From: Ilumatobacteraceae bacterium
Lineage (GTDB): Bacteria > Actinomycetota > Acidimicrobiia > Acidimicrobiales > Ilumatobacteraceae
Direction of reading: 5' to 3'
Assembly (NCBI GenBank): GCA_963752085.1
Contig: CAVVWT010000010.1
Span: forward strand, 5,831-69,830
Length of the DNA: 64,000 nucleotides
Part shown: positions 20,799 to 30,466 of the stretch, in pieces
Layout: the number at the start of each line of letters is the position of its first letter
Position numbering within the stretch: position 1 is the first letter of the stretch
Position numbers and translations under genes: made by a program
Notes under the pieces: model-generated
What the model saw: the letters and a program-made list of their open reading frames with translations, nothing else
What the model was told of the DNA's origin: nothing
The model's database searches: none

Positions 20799-22120
20799 CA
20801 GCGGCGACCGACGCCGTCGTAGCGGAGCCCTGCGTTCTTGACCTGATCCGGGTCGAACAGGTTGCGGGTGTCGACGATGGTCGTGCCCTTGCCGACACGA
20901 TCGGGCCAGCTCGTCGAGATCGACCTTCGCGAACTCGGGCCACTCGGTGAGCACACAGATGACGTCGACGTCATCGGCGACGTCGATCAGTTCAGCGGTC
21001 AACTCGATCCCGGCGAGCGCTGGTCTTCTGGTGTGGCGACAGTTCACCGCGACGTCGTCGGGTCGAAGGCCTTGACCACGGCACCGACCTTGCGCAGCTC
21101 GGCGATGATGGCCATCGCCGGCGACTCGCGGAGGTCGTCGGTGCCCGCCTTGAAGGTCAACCCCATCGCGCCGACCGTCACCCCCGACAGGTCGGACTGG
21201 TGTCGGCCGACCGCCTTGGCGATCTTGTCGACCATGCGGCGGCGCTGCTCGTCGTTGACGGCGATCACGCCGCGCATCATCGAGAAGTCGTAGCCGTGGT
21301 CTTCGGCGATCTTGACCAGCGCACGGCTGTCCTTGGGGAAGCACGAGCCGCCCCAGCCCGGCCCGGGGTTGAGGAAGCGGGACCCGATGCGCGTGTCGGA
21401 ACCGATGCCGTCGACGACGGCGGCGACGTCGGCGCCCACGTGCTCGCACATGGCGGCGACGGCGTTGACGAAGCTGATCTTCATCGCGAGGAATCCGTTG
21501 GCGGCGTACTTGATCGTCTCGGCGGACGCCGGGTCGGTGATGATGACCGGCGTCTCGATGCTCGAGTACAGCTCGGCGACCTTCTCGGCAGCGGCTCGGT
21601 TGGCCGCTCCGACGACCACGCGATCGGGCATCAGGAAGTCGCTCACCGCCGTGCCCTCACGCAGGAACTCGGGATTGGACACGACCGAGACGTCGTCGCG
21701 CTGGAGCACCTTCTCGACGGCGATGGTCGAACCAACCGGCACGGTCGACTTGTTGACCACCACCGCTCCCGGCTTGAGCACCGGAGCGATCTCACGGGCG
21801 GCTTGTTCGATGTAGGACAGATCAGCGCTGCCGTCCTCGCCCTGCGGGGTCGGCACGCAGAGGAAGACGATGTCGGCGTCGGCGGCGGCCGCCTGCGAAC
21901 CGAGCACGAACTCGATGCGGCCCAGCGCGCGGGCATCGTTGACGATCTGCTCGAGGCCGTCCTCGACGATCGGGATGTGCCCGTCGTTGAGCATGTCGAC
22001 CTTCCGCTGGTCGATGTCGCCACAGATCACCTGATGCCCGAGGTGAGCGAAGCAGGCGCCGGTGGTGAGGCCGACGTATCCGGTTCCCACGACTCCGAGT
22101 CGAATATCGGTGGCAGCCAT
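20798..22120 (-). pseudogene. ugd: UDP-glucose 6-dehydrogenase, 2 frame shifts near the 3' end as assembled
   Basis: N-terminus LGVVGTGYVGLTTGACFAHLGH and the catalytic region GGSCFPKD lie in the 21044..22255 ORF. The C-terminus ([20 protein letters not shown], then [32 protein letters not shown]) lies in two other frames. The stop overlaps the UXS start (TGATG at 20796-20800). An alternative start is at 22153. Confidence 0.8.
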
Positions 22121-22270
22121 CGGTGTGAATCCTTGGGTGATCGTGGTGGACATCGGCCGTCGTTTCGTCGTTGCGGTGGAGATCGGCGGCCAGACCTTCG
22201 GTCGGTCGCCACACAAGCTATCGGAAGTTCTCGCGACGATCTTGAGCTGTCGCAACGCTCCTGATCGAGG

Positions 22271-24230
22271 TCACGCCACCACGTCGGTCAGCAACTGTTC
22301 GGCCAGGTCGACGAACGACGACCAGCCCGTTGGCCGGGCTCCGACAGCCACGACGACGTCGTACCCCGCCGGATCCGGCTCGGTTGGTGTGGCACCGGAT
22401 TCGATTCGCGACGAGGCGACGGCCGGGACGGCGAGTCGGTCGCTGATCTCGACGAGCTGTGCGGGTCCGGCGTCGGCCCGCGTGTCGACCGTCTCGATGG
22501 TCGATGATCCGGCCGAGTTCCACCGGGTCATCGGCGATCGCCGGGTCACCGTCGATCGCCGGGCGCGTGTCGCGAGGCCACGCCGGCGCATTGACGGGAC
22601 CCGCCGGACGAGCTCCTCCGACGACCGTGTCGCCGAGCCCCGACAGCACATCGCTCGGGAGCGGAGCGGCGAGCGCGGCCCCGTCCGGTTGACGGGCGTC
22701 GGCGGCACTCCGACCGAACGGATCGGTCGGAGACCACACGACATCGCTGCCACGGCCTTGTCCGGTCGCTGACACGTGGTCGACGATCGATGACGAGATC
22801 GACAGGGGAGACGGCCAATTGGCCCAGCGTGAGATCGCCGTGGTCCGGCTACCTGGCACGAGCCAGTACCGGTTGGAGAACAACTCGACGCCCATCGCAA
22901 CCGCCGATCGCTGCTCGGTCCAGTCATCGACGTTGAGCACTGCCCCCACGGCACCCGCTCCGGCGTCGCCGCCGAGCAGGTTGTTGGCGATGGTGACGTC
23001 ATTGACGTCGGCACGGGGACCGTCCTCGATCCACACGTCGCGCACATTGCCGATGAACGAGTTGTGCCAGACCTCCGCCGCCGAACTCTCGAGCACCCAG
23101 ACCCCGGATTCCCCGTTGCCGTGCACGGTGTTGTCGACGACCAGCAGTCCTCGAGAGAGCTCGAGCTCGATGCCCGAGCGACTGTTGCCGGCGACGAGGT
23201 TCCCGCGGATCACCGCATCGGTCACATCCAGGTCGGTCCAGATGCCCGGGCCGGCGTTCGCGACGAAACTCGACTGCTCGACGACGAGCCCGTTCGACTC
23301 GGTGATCTTGAACCCACCTGCCGAATGGAAGGCGTCGAAGCCCTCACGATTGTTGCGATGCACCGTGCTGCCGGTGATGGTCAAGTCGTCGGCGCGGTGA
23401 CCGTGCAGGCCGAGGTGGCCGTTGTCGATGGCCGTGACACCGTCGATCACGATGCGGGCACCCATCGCCGAGAGGCCGATCCGGGCATTCGCTGCGACGA
23501 TGACGTCGTCGATACGGACGTCGTCGGCGTAGGCACGAACAGCCGCCATGTGCCGGTTCTCGGTGGCATATCGCTGCACGGTGACCCCGGTCAGCGACGA
23601 ACCGTCGGCCTGGTTGAAATAGACGCCCCAGCTCAGGTCACTGCCTTCGACGACGCGGTTGGTGGGGTCGTCGCCGATCCACACGCGGCCGACGCTCGCG
23701 TCGTAGAAGAACGTCCCCGACGCCACGTCGCTCTGCCGCGTGACCTGGATGAGCGGTGCTCCGTCGACGAAGAGTTGTTCGGGCCAGCCGGCCTGAGGAC
23801 GTTCGGGAGTGGTGAACGGAGCGCCGACGCGCTCGAAGTCGGTCGTCCAGGGAGCCCGGTAGCGACCGTTCTCCGCCGTCCACCCGGTGATGGGTGTGGA
23901 GCCGTCGAACGTCACCTCGGCGCCAGCGGCCGACTCGATGTGCACGGTCTTGCGGTAGACCTGAACGGATTCGTGGTATCGACCCGATGCGATCCGGACG
24001 ATGTCGCCGTCGTCGGCCAGCTTGACGGCTCGGGCGACGGTCCGAACGGGGGCGTCCGATGTGCCAGAGGCACCGTCGTCTCCGGACGGCGCGACGTGGA
24101 TCACGTCGATGGTCGCCGCGTCTGCGACCGACACGGCGGTCGTGAGGACTCCGGCCAGGACGGCGAGTACCGCGAGCCCGGCGACGGCGATGCGGGAGGG
24201 CTGGGGGCGGAGATCTGTTCGAGTGTGCAT
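22271..24230 (-). pseudogene. secreted right-handed parallel beta-helix protein (pectate-lyase/NosD-like), 1 frame shift near the 3' end
   Basis: Signal peptide (IAVAGLAVLAVLAGVLTTAVSVADA). Repeated N/G-rich beta-helix coils follow (VVDNTVHGNGESGVWV, VWHNSFIGNVRDVWI, ...). After about 22500 the 670-aa ORF turns Arg-rich, while the 22271..23047 frame continues protein-like to its stop. Confidence 0.65.
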
Positions 24231-24515
24231 CGGCGGGCCGGGTGCGCGACGGGCACCTCCAGTTGTTTCGGCTCGGCGGAGCCACCGCTCGACTCACGAC
24301 TCGGACAAGCAGTCATCTGGTTTGCGTCAAGAACGAATCGGTTCACCGGTCGCTCCAGCCCTCCGTGGCACGAGTCCACCGCGCCACCGGCGACGCTCGG
24401 TACTGTCGAGGTGTGGACATCGTCGGCAGCGTGGTGGTGATCGGTACGCGCCGTCGCTGCGGCCGACCCGATCGAGGACACGCTGCTCGATGCGTGCGGT
24501 GACAACCCGAACTTC

Positions 24516-25472
24516 GTGTGTCGGCGGGTCTTCGACGCGACAGACAACAGCACGCTCGCCAGCCTCAGCGACTGGCTGATCGATCGACCGCTGATGATCG
24601 TCTCCATTCTCGCCGTCTCGTGGATCCTGGTGCGCGTGGCGCGACGCGGCGTCGATCGACTGGTCAAGCGGATCGTGATCTCCGATGGTCGCCCCACGCG
24701 CCGCATCGTGATCCCAGGGCTCGACAGCGTCGCGAGTCTCGCCACCGCGGAGGACCGTGAGCGCGAAGACCGGCTCCGGCTCCGCCAGAACGCCCGCGCC
24801 GCCTCGATCAGCGAGGTGCTGCGCAGCACGACAACTGTGCTCATCTGGTCGATCGCGATCATGCTGGTCCTCGGAGAACTCGGCGTCGACCTCGCTCCGC
24901 TGATCGCTGGAGCGGGGATCGCCGGCGTCGCACTCGGGTTCGGCGCGCAGGCCCTGGTGAAGGACTGCATCAGCGGGTTGTTCATGTTGCTCGAAGACCA
25001 GTACGGCATCGGCGACATCGTCGATCTCGGCGAGGCAACCGGGATCGTCGAGGAGGTCGCGTTGCGGACCACGGTGTTGCGCGGCGTCGACGGCACCGTC
25101 TGGCACGTCCCCAACGGCCAGGTGACGCGCGTCGGCAACAAGTCGCAGCACTGGTCGACCGCGTTGATCGACATCGACGTGGCCTACGACGCCGACCTGT
25201 CGGCGGTACGCGATGTGATCCAGCGCACAGCCGAGGAGGTGTGCGCCCGCCCCGACATCAGCGACGACATTCTCGACACGCCCCAGGTGCTCGGCGTGGA
25301 GAGCCTCGCCGCCGACGGCATCACACTCCGGATGACGGTCATGACGGCACCCGGGACACAATGGGCCGTACAGCGCGAGTTGCGCGAGGCCTTGAAGCTG
25401 GCGTTCGACGCAGCCGGCATCGAGATCCCGTTTCCGCAGCGCACCGTCTGGCTACGAAACCAGGAGCGCTGA
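24516..25472 (+). CDS. small-conductance mechanosensitive channel (MscS family)
   Basis: Pore-lining helix and beta-domain signature GAGIAGVALGFGAQALVKDCISGLFMLLEDQYGIGDIV...VPNG. The frame is open upstream to 24441 without a start codon, so the true N-terminus may lie upstream in another frame. Confidence 0.8.
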   Translation: MCRRVFDATDNSTLASLSDWLIDRPLMIVSILAVSWILVRVARRGVDRLVKRIVISDGRPTRRIVIPGLDSVASLATAEDREREDRLRLRQNARAASISEVLRSTTTVLIWSIAIMLVLGELGVDLAPLIAGAGIAGVALGFGAQALVKDCISGLFMLLEDQYGIGDIVDLGEATGIVEEVALRTTVLRGVDGTVWHVPNGQVTRVGNKSQHWSTALIDIDVAYDADLSAVRDVIQRTAEEVCARPDISDDILDTPQVLGVESLAADGITLRMTVMTAPGTQWAVQRELREALKLAFDAAGIEIPFPQRTVWLRNQER

Positions 25473-25526
25473 TGCCATGATGTCCACCGTGACGGACACC
25501 CATCGAGACGTGGCGAGGACGCCCGA

Positions 25527-26978
25527 ATGACGGACGTCCTCGCCGCGACGCCTGGCGGAGCGATGCTCGGTGTCGCGGTCCTGCTCGCGATCGTCGGTCA
25601 CGTTGCGCTCTGGTGGGCCGAACGCCACGCCACGCCGCAACGGATCGAGTCCGTCGGTGGATCGGGTGCGCTCCGCAAGGAGTCGCCCGCTGTGGTCAAC
25701 GTCCTCACCAACGACGCCACGCTCACCGCTGCCGGAATGCGCGCCACGGTCGTCGACCTGGCCACTCGAGGGTGGCTGCGGATCCTGCCACCACTGACCG
25801 ACGACGAGACGAGCCGGGTCCGGCCCTCGTCCGAGGCGTACGACGGCGACGCCCTGCTGCCCCACGAACGTCTCGTGCTCCAGCACATCCTCGCTCGCTT
25901 CACCACCGATCAAGCCATCCCCGCGCGTCACCTGGCCGTCGACATCCGTGGCTCATGGTGGCGTCGCTTCCGCAACCTGGTGTACGCCGAGGCGAGGCGG
26001 AGCGGGCTCGTGAAACGGCGTTGGACCCCGCTGCTGCTCGCCGGTCCGGTGGCGGCGGCGTTCCTCGGTCTGTTGGCGTGGAACGCCTCGCGTGACGACG
26101 GGACCTCGGTTGCCGTGATCGACTCGGTCGAGCGCCGCATCATCGCGTTCGCAACGCTCGTCGCGCTCGTACTGCTGGTGGTGCGCATCGTGCGACACAT
26201 GATCAGCAACGACGTGACCCACACCGAAGCCGGTCTGGCCGCAACCGGACGATGGCTCGCGGTGCGTCAACGCTTGGTCGCCGCCGGGTTCGCGCCGATG
26301 GCGCCGAGCTCACTCGAAATCGGCGACCGACGCCTCGCCTATGCCACGGCCATGTGCCTCGCCGACGGCGCTCGGATCGAACTCCCACTCGCCCGCGAGG
26401 ACCACTTCCGAGCGTGGAGTGCCGTCGGCGGTTCCGGGCGACTCGTTCGCGTCAAGTACCCGTGGCGACCGATCTACGGCATCAACCCGCTGTTCGCCCT
26501 GATCGGCGGGCTGATCGCGACATTCGTCGGCCTGCGCGCCCGGCGCTTCTTCTCCGACGTGGCCCGTGGGGACGCCTGGGAGTCGCTCTACGAGCGTTTC
26601 GAACAGCAGGACTGGCTGATCAGCGACATCGCGACCGGGATCGTCTTCGTGTCGTTCGTGCCGATCCTGCTCGGGCTGTGGTCGGCGTTCGCGGGTGCCG
26701 CCGACATGTTCAACACCGTCGAACGCACCGGCGTGATCATTCGGGCCCGCCGACCGGCCGAGGTGACCCCGCTCCCCCGCGCCGTGGTCAAGCGCGTCGA
26801 AGGTGATCGGTACAGCCTCTACGTCGCTGTCGACGACGGCTCGTCCGACACGATCACGGCGTGGCGCGCCACTGAGCGCACGGCCACGCCGCAGGGTGTC
26901 GACGCAATCGTGCGAGCCACCCCGATCCTCGGGTACATCCGTCGGTCGTCGCCGATCGGCCACGTCCTCCCCGACTGA
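25527..26978 (+). CDS. integral membrane protein of unknown function (DUF2207-like)
   Basis: Intact 483-aa ORF with several TM segments and normal composition. I recognise no catalytic motif. Confidence 0.5.
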   Translation: MTDVLAATPGGAMLGVAVLLAIVGHVALWWAERHATPQRIESVGGSGALRKESPAVVNVLTNDATLTAAGMRATVVDLATRGWLRILPPLTDDETSRVRPSSEAYDGDALLPHERLVLQHILARFTTDQAIPARHLAVDIRGSWWRRFRNLVYAEARRSGLVKRRWTPLLLAGPVAAAFLGLLAWNASRDDGTSVAVIDSVERRIIAFATLVALVLLVVRIVRHMISNDVTHTEAGLAATGRWLAVRQRLVAAGFAPMAPSSLEIGDRRLAYATAMCLADGARIELPLAREDHFRAWSAVGGSGRLVRVKYPWRPIYGINPLFALIGGLIATFVGLRARRFFSDVARGDAWESLYERFEQQDWLISDIATGIVFVSFVPILLGLWSAFAGAADMFNTVERTGVIIRARRPAEVTPLPRAVVKRVEGDRYSLYVAVDDGSSDTITAWRATERTATPQGVDAIVRATPILGYIRRSSPIGHVLPD

Positions 26979-27005
26979 GGCGCAGTCGTTCCCGGTGCAG
27001 GTTCG

Positions 27006-27893
27006 TCAGGACACGCCGGCGGGGAGCGCAGCGCGATCGGCGTTCTGACGGATCGCGTCGATCATCTCGGCCCACCTGGGCCGCGGAAGGTCGTGACCCA
27101 TGTCCGGGAACATGAGCAACCGGGCACCCGGAACGGCGGCCGCCGTGGCGATCCCACCGCTCGGCTTGACGAGCGTGTCGACGAGGCCGTGGATCACCAG
27201 CGTGGGCACGTCGACCGTGGCCAGCCCGGGCGTTCGGTCGGGGCTCGCCATGATCGCCGTGGTCTGCCGTTGCGTTCCGACCGGGCGAAAGCTGCGCTCG
27301 ATGCTGCGCTGCGAGCGGGCACGGTGCTCGTCGGGATCGAAGTGGGGGCTGCTCCACAGCTGGAAGCTGGTCACCGATCGCTCGGCCGCGTTCTCCAAGG
27401 TCGGCTCGGGCATCCGCGCCATCTTCGCCATCACCTTGGCGGCGATCCGGCCGGACTTGCCATCGCCCGTGTTCGACATGATCGACGTCAGTGAGCGGAC
27501 TCTCGATGGGTAGTCGATGGTGAGTTGCTGGGCGATCATGCCTCCCATCGACATCCCCACCACGTGGGCCGACTCGATCCCGAGCGCGTCGAGGAGTCCG
27601 TCGGCATCAGCCGCCATGTCGGGGATCGTGTAGCCGGCCTTCGGTGGCCGCTTTGCGAGCGACCCGAGCACCGCTTTCACCTGCTTGGGTGGCTCCCAGT
27701 CGAACGCGGTGCTGAGCCCGATGTCGCGGTTGTCGTAGACCGTCACCTGGAACCCGGCACCGACCAGTTCGTCGACGAACCCCTCGGGCCAGTCGGTGAG
27801 CTGGCCGCCGAGGCCCATCACGAGCAACAGCGGCTGCCCGTCCCCGTACTGCTCGTACTCGATCGTGATGCCGTTCGCCGTTGCCTGAGCCAT
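27006..27893 (-). CDS. alpha/beta-fold hydrolase
   Basis: Oxyanion-hole block LLLVMGLGG and nucleophile elbow VGMSMGG, with a C-terminal His region (FPDMGHDLP). Confidence 0.8.
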   Translation of the reverse strand: MAQATANGITIEYEQYGDGQPLLLVMGLGGQLTDWPEGFVDELVGAGFQVTVYDNRDIGLSTAFDWEPPKQVKAVLGSLAKRPPKAGYTIPDMAADADGLLDALGIESAHVVGMSMGGMIAQQLTIDYPSRVRSLTSIMSNTGDGKSGRIAAKVMAKMARMPEPTLENAAERSVTSFQLWSSPHFDPDEHRARSQRSIERSFRPVGTQRQTTAIMASPDRTPGLATVDVPTLVIHGLVDTLVKPSGGIATAAAVPGARLLMFPDMGHDLPRPRWAEMIDAIRQNADRAALPAGVS

Positions 27894-27932
27894 CGGGCGA
27901 GGATACGAGGCGAGGTGGCCGGTTCGCAGACG

Positions 27933-29231
27933 TCAGCGGTCACGTCGGCGGTGCGCGCCGGGCTCGACGCGCCAGAACCCCGCTTTCAGGTATTCACCTT
28001 CGTCGTACGTGACCGGGTGATCGATGTCGTGTCCGGTCCGGCGCAACTCGGTGAACGTGGCCCCGTGTTCCTCGGCGGCCTCGGTGACCGTGTCGAAGAA
28101 CTCCGCAGGCGTGACCCGGCTCGAGCAGGAGGCCTGGACCAGGATCCCACCATCCTCGATGAGCCCGATCGCGAGCTTGGTCAACTTGGCGTATGCGGCG
28201 CGGGCGCGGCCGACGGTCGCGGCCTTCTGAGCGAACGACGGAGGGTCGACCACGACCAGGTCGAAACGGCGCCCCGCGCGCCCGAGCGCCCCCATCACAT
28301 CGAAGGCGTCGCCGACCTCGGTCGTGACCGCACATGCAGCCACCGCGGGCACGTCGGCGTTGTGGTCGAGGTTCCGCCGCAGCACGGCCAGCGTCGGCTC
28401 GGACGCGTCCACCGCGTGGACCGACAACGCCCCGCCGGCTGCGGCGTGGACCGTGAATCCACCGCTCGACGCGAACACGTCGAGGACGCGCTTGCCCGCG
28501 GCGAGCTTGCCGACGGCGAGGCGGTTGAGCCGCTGGTCGAGGAAGTGCCCGGTCTTCTGACCGGTCTGGACGTCGGCTTCGAACGTGAGGTCGCCCTCGC
28601 TGAACAGGATCGGCCCGTCGGGGATCTCCCCGACGATCACATCGCCATCGTCGAGGCCGTGGGTCTCGAGCGATTGGAGGTTGCGGGCGAGCCGCAGCAC
28701 GACGGTGTCGACACCGGTCGCCGCCAGCACACCATCGACGATCGCCCGCAGGTGGGGGTACCAGATCTCGCTGTACAGCTTGATCACGCCGACATGGTCG
28801 TAGCAGTCGACCACCAGCCCCGGCAGCCCGTCGTTCTCACCGTTGACAGCGCGATAGCCGGGGCCGTGGACGGCTCGACCACTGCCGACGTGACGATCGA
28901 AGATGACCCGGCGTCGGGCCACCGACTCGGCGATCCGTTCGGCGAACCAGGCGGCGTCGACGGTCACCGGATCGCCGACGTGGATCATCCGCAGGCGGAT
29001 CGGTGAGTTCGGATCCCAGAGCCCGATCGCCGCGAACTTCCGGTTGCGATCGAACACGATCCCGATGTCGCCGGGAGCGCCGTCGTCGTGGTTGACCGAC
29101 TCGATCGAACGGTCATAGACCCACGGGTGACGCGAGCGGATGCGGCGGAGCGCATCGGGCGTCACCCTGATGGCCAGGCGGCGGTCGGACGGCGCCGGCA
29201 GGCCGTCGAGCAGGCTCGAACCCCCGCTCAT
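27933..29231 (-). CDS. class I SAM-dependent RNA methyltransferase, RlmI/YccW-like (PUA + MTase)
   Basis: SAM-binding block VLDVFASSGGF and motif IV DLVVVDPPSF. Start ATG at 29231 overlaps the upstream stop (ATGA). The 841-aa ORF N-terminal extension is Arg-rich shadow sequence. Confidence 0.75.
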   Translation of the reverse strand: MSGGSSLLDGLPAPSDRRLAIRVTPDALRRIRSRHPWVYDRSIESVNHDDGAPGDIGIVFDRNRKFAAIGLWDPNSPIRLRMIHVGDPVTVDAAWFAERIAESVARRRVIFDRHVGSGRAVHGPGYRAVNGENDGLPGLVVDCYDHVGVIKLYSEIWYPHLRAIVDGVLAATGVDTVVLRLARNLQSLETHGLDDGDVIVGEIPDGPILFSEGDLTFEADVQTGQKTGHFLDQRLNRLAVGKLAAGKRVLDVFASSGGFTVHAAAGGALSVHAVDASEPTLAVLRRNLDHNADVPAVAACAVTTEVGDAFDVMGALGRAGRRFDLVVVDPPSFAQKAATVGRARAAYAKLTKLAIGLIEDGGILVQASCSSRVTPAEFFDTVTEAAEEHGATFTELRRTGHDIDHPVTYDEGEYLKAGFWRVEPGAHRRRDR

Positions 29232-30400
29232 GACGAGACCGGCGTGTCGGCAACCACCGCGATGAGCCCGACGCTCGGGTCGACGGCACCGGCATACACG
29301 TCGGCCCACGCCTCCTGTGTGGCGTCGGGTCCGATCCGATGTTCGACGGTGAGCCAGGTGTGACTCCCCGCGACGAACTCGGTGATCGCCGCTGCGCAAC
29401 GGTGTGCGTAGTCGGCGCGCCCCCACTCTTCCTGGCGACGGCCGACCTCGCTGGGTGCGAAGAACAGCTGGGGCGCCGGGCCGGGCAGTCCGGCGTCCGT
29501 CCGCGGCGCTGCATCGTGGTGGCTTCGACCGACGGTCATCGAGTACGCGAGTCCGTCGCCGAACCGCTCGTGAACGGCGTGGAGCGATGCGGGGTTGCCG
29601 GCCATGTCGATGGAGACCGCTCCCCCGTCGGTCGGCACGGAGTCGATCGTGTCGTAGGTGACGACCCGGTCGTAGTACCCGAGGTTCTCGACCATCTCGA
29701 CGTTGCCCGGCGAGGTCACGCCGACGACCTCGATGCCTCCGCGGAGCTGTGCCCGCTGTGCGAATCCGATCGCGGTCTTCGACGACGCCGACAGCACGAT
29801 CACGCGCGCCGCACCGAAGTACACCGTGCCGGAGCCGCCGCCGTCCGCGAAGAACTCCTCGGCCAGGAATCCGGTCAGGAACAGGCCGCGGAGCAGTGCG
29901 TGTCGATCCTCGGCGTCGGCCAGCCCGCGGGTGCCGTGATCGACCTCGGGATACATCGGGTCGGCGTCGGTGGCGACGTAGGCACGGTAGACGGGCGCAT
30001 GCGCCTGCCGATGAGCTCCGTCGTCTCGGAAGCCGTCCTTCGTGGCCGTCGGCGTGAACACGACGTGTGACGACATCGGGTACCAGCCGTAGAACCGGCG
30101 GCCGAGGGAGATGTCGTCGGCGCGCGACTCGATGACGGTGGCCCATCCCATCGCCGGGACCCGACCGAACGTCGCGTCGCCGGTCGGGAAGAAGTCCCAG
30201 TAGCCGAGCATGTCGCCGAACACCGCATAGGTGATGTTGTTCGCGGTGATCGCGAACCGGTCGATCCGCAGGCGGACCTGCCCCGGCTGGAGGTCTCCGG
30301 CCTCGTGACCTTCGGTGACGAGGCGCGTCTCGCCGACCGCGTCCCGCCGAACCTCGAGCGTGATGGTGGTGCGATCGTCGGCGTCGGGATGCGATTCCAT
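29228..30400 (-). CDS. DUF2855-like protein (MDR/Rossmann-like, unknown function)
   Basis: 390-aa protein starting MESHPDADD, with balanced composition and a Rossmann-like VIVLSASSKTAIGFA segment. The family assignment is from memory of DUF2855 proteins and needs an HMM check. Confidence 0.5.
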   Translation of the reverse strand: MESHPDADDRTTITLEVRRDAVGETRLVTEGHEAGDLQPGQVRLRIDRFAITANNITYAVFGDMLGYWDFFPTGDATFGRVPAMGWATVIESRADDISLGRRFYGWYPMSSHVVFTPTATKDGFRDDGAHRQAHAPVYRAYVATDADPMYPEVDHGTRGLADAEDRHALLRGLFLTGFLAEEFFADGGGSGTVYFGAARVIVLSASSKTAIGFAQRAQLRGGIEVVGVTSPGNVEMVENLGYYDRVVTYDTIDSVPTDGGAVSIDMAGNPASLHAVHERFGDGLAYSMTVGRSHHDAAPRTDAGLPGPAPQLFFAPSEVGRRQEEWGRADYAHRCAAAITEFVAGSHTWLTVEHRIGPDATQEAWADVYAGAVDPSVGLIAVVADTPVSS

Positions 30401-30466
30401 CACACCAGCATGCCCGATCCGCCCCCGATTCGGAGACGAGCACATGCACCGGATACACACCACGGG

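Noticed and set aside
29232-30458. Very long N-terminal extensions of several minus-strand ORFs: 841 aa at 27933..30458, 618 aa at 29228..31084, 488 aa at 34528..35994, 373 aa at 32544..33665, 485 aa at 58675..60132.
   Set aside because: The extensions are Arg-rich and overlap the well-supported upstream gene. Internal starts that give ATGA/GTGA stop-start overlaps or short gaps yield proteins of family-typical length.
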